Of a stretch of 23,160 nt of DNA, positions 16,552 to 23,160 are shown piece by piece. The stretch is from Chthonomonadales bacterium (GTDB lineage: Bacteria > Armatimonadota > Chthonomonadetes > Chthonomonadales > Chthonomonadaceae). The stretch spans positions 1 to 23,160 of the forward strand of contig JBBQPO010000065.1 in NCBI GenBank assembly GCA_038217285.1, in the 5' to 3' direction. The notes under the pieces were generated by a model. The model was not told the origin of the DNA, did not search any database, and saw nothing but the letters and a program-made list of their open reading frames with translations. The position numbers and the translations under genes were made by a program. How positions within the stretch are numbered: position 1 is the first letter of the stretch; each line of letters begins with the position of its first letter.

Positions 16552-17720
16552 GTCCTACTCGTCCTGACAATCTCCCGGAAACTCCTTCGACCCGTCGTCC
16601 CGCACGCTGTGTCGGCGGGTTGCTGAAGACCAACTTGAAAGCCCATCTGGACGGAGAGATGTCGGCAGTCCGCAACTGGCTGGTGCGTTGGCACTTGGCC
16701 CAGTGCGCCGAGTGCCGCGAAGAGCTCCGCTGGTTACGTCGTCTTGGTGAAGATATGAAAGATATAGAATCCGCTCGTCCTCGCCCGGAGCTGCGCGCCC
16801 GCATTCTGGCGAATCTGCCGTCTACGCCGCCCGCTCCCGGTATCCGCGTCGTCCATTCCCGCCAGGATCTCGTCCGATCGCCCCAGCGCATGCCGCGCCT
16901 GGCGCTGGCAGGCGGACTGGCGATGCTGGTGCTCTTCAGTGCGGCATACGCCGTGAAGCGCTCTTCCGACGCTACCGTCGCTCAGCAAAACTCCTTGACC
17001 GTGGCTCTGCACAACGACAAATCCACGGAGATCGCTTCTTCCGTACCCCAGGCGAACGCAGATGTTACGCCAACGGTCGCCTACGTACCGGAAGACGACC
17101 CCAACAACGCTCTCGCGGACAAGATGTTCCACGAACGAATGACGGAGATGGAGCGCGAGAAGCAGATACTAGGGCAGGACGACTGGCATCGTCTGCTGGC
17201 GAAGGCCCGCGCTGTCGCTCGCAAGACCGATAAGACTCCTGCGACCGAGATGGGGATCGCTCTGACCGTCTCCAATATCGCAATCATACGCACCCATCTG
17301 CCGACCTGGGCCAAACAGGAGGGTGTCCGGCTGGTCACGAGCGGCAAAACGGACCCCGACTCCTCCGACAATACGCCCCTGCTGCGCAGTCGCACCGGGG
17401 AATCTCTCGATAACCTGATCGCCTTCTATGTTCCGGCCGAACGTGGTCCGGCCTTCCTCGGCGCACTGAAGCATTTAGGGCAGATCTCTATCCTGCCACT
17501 GACCGCGAATCCGGTCCCGTCCACCAACCTGAAAAATGAGACCCACCTTCAGGTCGAAGCGGACGTCGCCGGACAGCGGAGAGCGGTTCCCGCCTTCCCC
17601 ATGACGGCCGATTCCGGTACACCGACGCAGAGAGTTGCTGTCGCGCACGACAAAAGCAGCAGTACGGCCCGGGTTCTCGTCGTGACCGTACTCCTCCTCC
17701 AGACCGCCGCCCACGACTGA
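16548..17720 (+). CDS. Zinc-binding (ZAS, zf-HC2) transmembrane anti-sigma factor
   Basis: HLDGE...HLAQCAEC (HxxxCxxC), single TM (LALAGGLAMLVLFSAAYAV), periplasmic domain with a DUF4349-like VPAE...FL..L..LG segment; ATGA overlap with the sigma gene. Confidence 0.85.
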   Translation: MSPTRPDNLPETPSTRRPARCVGGLLKTNLKAHLDGEMSAVRNWLVRWHLAQCAECREELRWLRRLGEDMKDIESARPRPELRARILANLPSTPPAPGIRVVHSRQDLVRSPQRMPRLALAGGLAMLVLFSAAYAVKRSSDATVAQQNSLTVALHNDKSTEIASSVPQANADVTPTVAYVPEDDPNNALADKMFHERMTEMEREKQILGQDDWHRLLAKARAVARKTDKTPATEMGIALTVSNIAIIRTHLPTWAKQEGVRLVTSGKTDPDSSDNTPLLRSRTGESLDNLIAFYVPAERGPAFLGALKHLGQISILPLTANPVPSTNLKNETHLQVEADVAGQRRAVPAFPMTADSGTPTQRVAVAHDKSSSTARVLVVTVLLLQTAAHD

Positions 17721-17763
17721 TCTCCTACCCCAGCCCCTTCCCAGTATTTGAAAGGCATTGGGA

Positions 17764-20511
17764 TCAGACGGGCTGCATTTCGGCCCAGTTGGAGCCTGCT
17801 TTGGAGTCGGCACGGAGGGGAACGTCGAGGGGATAGGCGGCCTCCATGCGGCACACGATGAGGGGAGTGAGTTTGGCGACCTGCGCCTCGTCTACCTCGA
17901 ACAGAAGTTCGTCATGCACCTGCAGCAGCAGATAGCAGCCGCCGTCGCACTCGGTGTGCAGCCAGTCGGCAACGGCGATCATCGCGAGTTTCATGATGTC
18001 GGCGGCGGTGCCCTGAATGGGCATGTTGACGGCGGCGCGCTCCGCGAACTGGCGCATGTTGTGGTTGCCGCTTTGAAGCTCCGGCACGTAGCGACGGCGA
18101 CCGAGCAGCGTGCTGACGTAGCCCTGCCGATGCGCCTGCGCGGTCGTCTCCTCTATATACTGTTTCACTCCGGGCAGACGGTCGAAGTAGTCCTTGATCC
18201 ACTGATTCGCGGTCGAGGTATCGACTCCGAGCGTTGCCGCCAGCGCAAACCCGCTTTGCCCGTAGATGACCGCGAAGTTGATGGTCTTGGCCTGCCGACG
18301 TTGCTCGGGCGTCACCTCTTCCAGGGGCACACCGAACACCGTGGCGGCCGTCATGGCATGTACATCGGCGTCCGACTGAAACGCCTGCGTCAGCGCCGGG
18401 TCGCCGGTGATATGCGCCAGGATTCGCAGCTCGATCTGGGAGTAGTCGCAGGAGAGCAGCAGACGACCTTTCGGCGCAGTGAAGGCCCGCCGAATCTCGC
18501 GCCCCGCATGCGAGCGCACAGGAATATTCTGCAGGTTGGGGTCGGAGGAGCTGAGGCGGCCTGTGCTGGCGACCGTCTGATTCAGCGAGGTATGGATCCG
18601 GCCGGTCGTCGGGTTGACGAGGCGGCTGAGCGCGTCGGCGTAGGTCGATTTCAGTTTCGCCACCTCGCGCCACTCCATGATCTTGCGGGCAATCAGGTGC
18701 TCGCCTGCCAGTTGCTCCAGCAGATCCGCCCCGGTCGAGTAGCCTGTCTTGGTCTTCTTGCCCGTCGGCAGTTTCAGCTTCTCGAACAGAATGGTCTGGA
18801 GCTGCTTGGTCGAACCGATGGCGAACTCCTCCCCGGCCAGCCCATAGACCTCTTTCGCCAGACCATCCATATCCGTGGCCATGCGTACGGCCAGGGTGTC
18901 CAGATAGCGATTGTCCACCAGCAGCCCAATCTGCTCGATCTCCGCGAGGATCGGCACCAGCGGCATCTCCATCGTGTTCAGGATAGACATCATGCCAAGC
19001 TCTTGCAGCGCCTCCCGTTGCGGGCCGATCAGCGCGAAGATCAGGGCCGTCTCGCGGGCCAGCGTCTCCTGCGGCGCGAAAGCGTCGTCGATGTCGAGCC
19101 GAACGTCGAGGTAGGTCTCCGCCAGATCCATCAGCGGATAGGAGGAGCGCCCCGCATTCAGCAGATAGGCCGCGATCAGGGTATCGAACACGAACGGGGT
19201 CGGGTGCAGACCCAGGCGCTCCAGCACGATCTCCGCGATCTTGACGTTGTGCCCGACCTTATGAATCTCCGCGCTCTCCAGCAGGGGCCGCAGGGCATCG
19301 AGCGGAGCGCCGAACTCCGCATCCGGTAAGGAATCAGTCTCCTCCGTTCCGCCAAAAAGACCGCCGAGGCCGCCCGTTTCTCCGCCCGTGGAGAGGGTCC
19401 GAATGGGCACATAGTAGCCCACCTCGGCGGAAGGCGCGAAACTGATCCCCTTCAGCTCTGCCTGCATTGGCAGCGTGTGGGTCGCCTCTATCTGCACGGC
19501 CACGGTGCCGCTGCGCTGCGCGGAGCCAATAGCGTCCTGCAGCTCCTCTATCGATCGTATCCAGACCATCTGCGCCACGAACGCGTCGGCAGGAGCGCTC
19601 TTTTCCAGCGCCTCCAGCGGCGCCGAAGAGGCAGGGCGCGGAATGCGGCCCTGCAGGGATTTAAACTCCAGACGGGTGAACATATCCCGCAGACGCTGAC
19701 GATCTTCATCGGTCGGCGCATAGGGGCGAATGGCGAACTCGATCGGCACATCGCAGACGATGGTCGCCAGTTTTTTCGACAGCCGCGCCTGTTCGATGTT
19801 CGCCTCCAGCGCGGCGCGCGCCCTGGGCGGCGTCACCTCCGCCACATGCTCCAGGAGGTTCTCCAGCGTCTCCCACTTCTGCAGCAGCGCCGTCGCGGTC
19901 TTGTCGCCGATGCCGGGTACGCCGGGAATGTTGTCGGAGGTGTCCCCCACCAGCGCTTTCCAGTCCGGAATGCGCTCCGGCCCCAGGCCGTACCGCTCCC
20001 GTACCGCGTCCGCGTCGTACACCTTGACATCCGTGACGCCCCGCATCGTCATCTGCACCGTCACGCCGTCTCCGACCAACTGCAACTGATCCGAGTCGCC
20101 TGTCAGAATCGTGACGGCATAGCCCTCGCGCGCGCCCTGCGTCGCCAGCGTTCCGATCAGATCATCGGCCTCGTAGCCGCCCACCTCCGCCGACTGGATG
20201 GCGAACGCCTCCACCAGTTCACGCGCCACCGGCATCTGCGCCTTCAGTTGCGGATCGACCTCCGGCCGATGCGCCTTGTAGGCCGCAAACTCCTGTGACC
20301 GCAGCGTCTGCTGATGCGCGTCCCAGCAGACCACCATCGCGTCCGGTTTTTCGGTGTTCAGCAGCGAGAAGAGCATGTTCGAGAAGCCGAAAAGAGCGCC
20401 CGTCGGCCGGTCGTCGGTCGTAGAGAGATAGCGGCCCGCAAAGAACGCCCGAAACAGCAGGCTGTAAGCGTCTACCAGAACCAACTTCTTCGACGGCAGG
20501 ACATTTTCCAT
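17764..20511 (-). CDS. polA: DNA polymerase I
   Basis: 5'-3' exonuclease (LVDAYSL.FRAF, EADD, GDSD, GDTSDNIPG); polymerase motifs TGRLSS.DPNLQNIP, DYSQIELR, RR.AK.INF..IYG, QVHDEL. Confidence 0.98.
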   Translation of the reverse strand: MENVLPSKKLVLVDAYSLLFRAFFAGRYLSTTDDRPTGALFGFSNMLFSLLNTEKPDAMVVCWDAHQQTLRSQEFAAYKAHRPEVDPQLKAQMPVARELVEAFAIQSAEVGGYEADDLIGTLATQGAREGYAVTILTGDSDQLQLVGDGVTVQMTMRGVTDVKVYDADAVRERYGLGPERIPDWKALVGDTSDNIPGVPGIGDKTATALLQKWETLENLLEHVAEVTPPRARAALEANIEQARLSKKLATIVCDVPIEFAIRPYAPTDEDRQRLRDMFTRLEFKSLQGRIPRPASSAPLEALEKSAPADAFVAQMVWIRSIEELQDAIGSAQRSGTVAVQIEATHTLPMQAELKGISFAPSAEVGYYVPIRTLSTGGETGGLGGLFGGTEETDSLPDAEFGAPLDALRPLLESAEIHKVGHNVKIAEIVLERLGLHPTPFVFDTLIAAYLLNAGRSSYPLMDLAETYLDVRLDIDDAFAPQETLARETALIFALIGPQREALQELGMMSILNTMEMPLVPILAEIEQIGLLVDNRYLDTLAVRMATDMDGLAKEVYGLAGEEFAIGSTKQLQTILFEKLKLPTGKKTKTGYSTGADLLEQLAGEHLIARKIMEWREVAKLKSTYADALSRLVNPTTGRIHTSLNQTVASTGRLSSSDPNLQNIPVRSHAGREIRRAFTAPKGRLLLSCDYSQIELRILAHITGDPALTQAFQSDADVHAMTAATVFGVPLEEVTPEQRRQAKTINFAVIYGQSGFALAATLGVDTSTANQWIKDYFDRLPGVKQYIEETTAQAHRQGYVSTLLGRRRYVPELQSGNHNMRQFAERAAVNMPIQGTAADIMKLAMIAVADWLHTECDGGCYLLLQVHDELLFEVDEAQVAKLTPLIVCRMEAAYPLDVPLRADSKAGSNWAEMQPV

Positions 20512-20549
20512 AGATATGCAAGACTCCCAACCCTTCTCCGACCCCGGAG

Positions 20550-21458
20550 TTAGGGAAGCATGAAGTGTTCGATAAGGGAACCGTCGGAGCGGAGGGCTTC
20601 GACCTCGATCTGACTGCCCTTGACGTCCACCACGACGATGTTATTGACGCTTTCGGCCTTGTCACCGGCGATCAGGCCACGGTCCTCGTGCACCGGGTAG
20701 AGCGGCGCGCCGCCTCCCCCCGAAACGATATAATGGATGCCGTCGCGAAGCGTATGGTAGTAGAGGTGGTCGTGCCCGTTGAATACTGCGCGAACGCCGT
20801 ATTTGATGAAGAGCGGGCAGAGAACCTTCCGCACATCCTCGTCCGAACCGTGGGAGCCGACCGAATATGGCGGCACATGGAAGAAGACGAAGAGGTGTTT
20901 CGCCTTACCTTTCGCTGCCGCCAGATCGTTGGTGAGCCACTGGTACTGCGGGCTTTTCGAGTCGTAGCGGGAAGATTCGTCTATCGCCAGAGCGATGAAG
21001 TGAGAACTGCCCTTATCGAAGGAGTAGTAGAGCTTGTTGCCTGAGGTAAACGGAACCGTGACACGCTCTTCGTAGCCGGGTCCGCCGACATCGTGGTTGC
21101 CCCGCGACGGATAGACCGGTATCTTCTTGCGCATATCGCCGGTGATCTCATCGTAGATTTTCCAGAGGGATGCGTTGGAGCCGGTATGCACCAGGTCTCC
21201 GGTCTGAATCACGAAATCCGGCTTCTGTTTCAGGATCAGCGCGACAAGCTTACGATGCATGTCGTGCCCGTCCCGCGTGTCGCCGTAGACCACGAAGCGA
21301 AAGGAGTTGGCCTTCACCATGCGCGCCCCCGGTTTTATCGGATGCACCCACTTCCGCTCCGCCGCTTTTCCTTCCCGTCCCGAACAACCCAGGACGCCGA
21401 CCGCTCCCAGCAGAAAGGCCAGACCCACCGAGATAAAATCTTTTCTTGTGTAGCGCAT
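20550..21458 (-). CDS. Calcineurin-like metallophosphoesterase (purple acid phosphatase-like), predicted lipoprotein, 302 aa
   Basis: ATG 21458 with GGAGGA SD; lipobox VLGC; motifs YGDTR, TGDLV, GNHD, FFH.PPY, NGHDH.Y. Confidence 0.9.
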   Translation of the reverse strand: MRYTRKDFISVGLAFLLGAVGVLGCSGREGKAAERKWVHPIKPGARMVKANSFRFVVYGDTRDGHDMHRKLVALILKQKPDFVIQTGDLVHTGSNASLWKIYDEITGDMRKKIPVYPSRGNHDVGGPGYEERVTVPFTSGNKLYYSFDKGSSHFIALAIDESSRYDSKSPQYQWLTNDLAAAKGKAKHLFVFFHVPPYSVGSHGSDEDVRKVLCPLFIKYGVRAVFNGHDHLYYHTLRDGIHYIVSGGGGAPLYPVHEDRGLIAGDKAESVNNIVVVDVKGSQIEVEALRSDGSLIEHFMLP

Positions 21459-21541
21459 GGTTTGTCTTCCTCCTACAGTCTCCATAAAGGTTGCCGACAG
21501 CGAACCGTATTGTCGCCGCCGCGCGGTCTTCATTATGACAT

Positions 21542-21594
21542 GTTTAGAGGCAGGGAAGAAACGCCTTTACGCGGTTTCTTCCCTGCCTCTAAAC
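21542..21594. repeat. Perfect 21-bp inverted repeat (terminator or MITE/REP-like)
   Basis: GTTTAGAGGCAGGGAAGAAAC-n11-GTTTCTTCCCTGCCTCTAAAC; extendable by TTATGA/TCATAA across a 3-nt bulge. Confidence 0.8.
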
Positions 21595-21659
21595 TCATAA
21601 GCGGCCTGTTCGGAAAGGCGGAGGAGCAAACAAAAACTCCTGCGCTCCGTCTGTCTCCC

Positions 21660-22493
21660 TCAAGCGGAAACGAGGAGGGGAGCCGTGGTGAGTATTTCGT
21701 CCGAAATGACGACAAACTGTTTCAGGATGGCCTGCCCGAACGAGGTGGTGAGCGCCACATCGACGGCATCACGTCCGGTCGCCATCAGAATGCGACCGAT
21801 ACGCGGCTGGTTGTTGCGCGCATCGAAAATATGCCACCGTCCTCCAAGATAGACCTGAAACCAGGCGGCAAAATCCATGTCGCCGTTCACAGGAACGCCG
21901 ATGTCAGGGATGTAGCCCGTAGCGTAGCGGGCGGGAATGTTGAGAGCGCGGCAGAAGGTGATGGCCAGATGCTGGAAGTCCCGGCAGACCCCGGTGCCTT
22001 CGTTCAAAACATCCATTGCGGTTTTGGAGGGATGGGTCAATTGATAGTCGAAGCGGACATGGGAGTTGACCCAGTCGCAAACCTCCTGAACGCGATCCCA
22101 GCCCTGCGCCGACGAAGATCCGAACAGTTTCCACGCCCTATCCGTCAGGCGGTCGACCTCACAATACCGGCTTGCCATCAGGAACTGCAGGGTTTCGGCA
22201 GGCAGCAGTTCCACCGGATGCTGGTAGGCGCTCCGGTCGATAGGGTCGGGTAAGCCGTCGTCTGGAACGTCGCAGGTACTGTGGAATCGGAAAGTGCCGG
22301 CAGGCGCTACGAGCCGTCCGCATCGGTTTCCGAAGGCGTCGGTATACTCCTGGATCGGAACTTCCGGCTCGGTAAGAATCCGGTCGAGGGCGCTCAGGTC
22401 GGTGCTGCGGGAAGGATGCAGATTGAGCAGGACGACCATCGGCGTGGGAGCCGGCAGTTCAAAGACGATATCGTATCCGACACGAATAATCAT
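21660..22493 (-). CDS. Transglutaminase-like family protein, 277 aa
   Basis: ATG 22493 with AGGAG SD; FLMASRYCEVD, GVCRDFQHL, NIPARYATGY, MDFAAWFQVYLGGRW.IFD, GRDAVDV. Confidence 0.92.
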   Translation of the reverse strand: MIIRVGYDIVFELPAPTPMVVLLNLHPSRSTDLSALDRILTEPEVPIQEYTDAFGNRCGRLVAPAGTFRFHSTCDVPDDGLPDPIDRSAYQHPVELLPAETLQFLMASRYCEVDRLTDRAWKLFGSSSAQGWDRVQEVCDWVNSHVRFDYQLTHPSKTAMDVLNEGTGVCRDFQHLAITFCRALNIPARYATGYIPDIGVPVNGDMDFAAWFQVYLGGRWHIFDARNNQPRIGRILMATGRDAVDVALTTSFGQAILKQFVVISDEILTTAPLLVSA

Positions 22494-22760
22494 GGTTTCT
22501 CCTGGGAACAGAGGCGACGAGACGGAGGATTCGGCACGACGACCGCCGCAGTCAACGAAATCAGGAGGGCTGGCTGCCCACCTTTTCCAACCTATAATTA
22601 CGTACACATCGGTCGGAAAGTGCCGATCAGTGTGGATTCGAACAGGAAATCCGCCGAAGGAGAAGCGGATTTGGGGTGCGCGTTAGAGCTTCCTCTCAGG
22701 GGGCAAAGAACGTGTCAAACACAAGAAGCGAGTAGAGTAATCAATAATTTTTGATAATCA

Positions 22761-22790
22761 TTGACAAAATACGGTAACATCTAGTATGAT
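22761..22790 (+). promoter_or_regulatory. sigma70 promoter in an AT-rich intergenic tract
   Basis: TTGACA-N18-TATGAT; a second TTGACA lies at 22806-22811. Confidence 0.55.
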
Positions 22791-22814
22791 AAGTGTATAA
22801 GTAGATTGACAGGC

Positions 22815-22840
22815 AAAACTACGTATATATACGTAGTTTT
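22815..22840. promoter_or_regulatory. Perfect 26-bp palindrome, probable protein-binding site
   Basis: AAAACTACGTATA|TATACGTAGTTTT, with no loop. Confidence 0.65.
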
Positions 22841-22895
22841 ACAGATCGCCCTGGATAGCTCCTTGCAATCGTTATACCTATTACCGTCTCTGTTT

Positions 22896-23025
22896 TTTGA
22901 CGTTTAGACTACAGAGCAGCCGAAGATAAACTTTGGCTGCCCCATTGGGTACCTTTCAGTTAACAAGAAAGGAAGGTGCCCACATGGATTTTAGCACACT
23001 TACCGACTTCCGGCGCAAGACCTAG
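22896..23025 (+). mobile_element. Probable IS left end with the first 13 codons of a transposase (IS701-like/NF041680-like), interrupted
   Basis: TTGACGTTTAGAC end-like motif; hairpin GCAGCCGAAG/CTTTGGCTGC; SD-occluding hairpin TGGGTACCTTTC/GGAAGGTGCCCA; ORF 22984-23025 MDFSTLTDFRRKT*. Family assignment is from recalled N-terminal similarity, not a search. Confidence 0.4.
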
Positions 23026-23160
23026 AAGCGCGGCCGAAAAGTCGCCTTCCAAACCAAAGGAATTGTTGGGTTGTGTGGTGAATCTATAGCCATCACACAA
23101 TGCTCCCAGGAGACCATGCTCACATGATTGGAAAACGAAGCAGCCAGGCCGATCTATTCG
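23024..23160 (+). mobile_element. Possible left end of a second IS (IS1182/IS5-like); transposase start at 23124 runs off the window
   Basis: Junction CTAG-AAGCGCGGCCGAAAAGTC; AGGAG SD and open frame MIGKRSSQADLF, resembling IS1182/IS5 N-termini with a QxxLF motif. Only 12 codons are visible. Confidence 0.4.

Noticed and set aside
17721-17763. C-rich CCTACCCCAGCCCCTTCCC (similar tract at ~20524-20540) as REP remnants flanking polA
   Set aside because: Only half-sites with weak similarity; cannot be supported without genome-wide counts.
17758-20298. 523-aa and 273-aa plus-strand ORFs
   Set aside because: Antisense to polA.
21093-22253. 386-aa plus-strand ORF
   Set aside because: Spans two well-supported minus-strand genes and the hairpin; no motifs.

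Overview
GC-rich chromosomal housekeeping region of a diderm bacterium. An LptD-like barrel together with a Gram-positive-style PolA suggests an Armatimonadota-like lineage; this is inference only. Gene order: partial FGE/sulfatase-modifying-factor gene (-); pspA/Vipp1-like gene, J-domain-like gene, REP-like palindromic doublet, pterin dehydratase, cysteine desulfurase (+); a divergent group-2-like sigma70 behind a perfect promoter and a ~370-nt structured leader; LptD-like protein (+); recO and a tandem CsgG/TolB_N-like exported protein (-); HTH_17-wzm-wzt operon, truncated archaeal-type ATPase and ligA (+); NTF2-like protein (-); ECF sigma/ZAS anti-sigma pair (+); polA, metallophosphoesterase lipoprotein and transglutaminase-like gene (-); then an AT-rich tail with a perfect 26-bp palindrome and what look like nested IS left ends. 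Best candidates for new biology: (1) a bacterial ESCRT-III (PspA with a Vipp1-like tail) paired with an HPD-less J-protein whose N-terminus resembles PspA helix 0; (2) the sigma-factor leader with RNA structure and a CxxC-x6-C-x3-H micro-ORF, upstream of a sigma with altered -10-reading residues; (3) GLF-bearing loop insertions in both LigA and PolA. No tRNA, rRNA or CRISPR was seen. All family calls are by eye; no searches were run.
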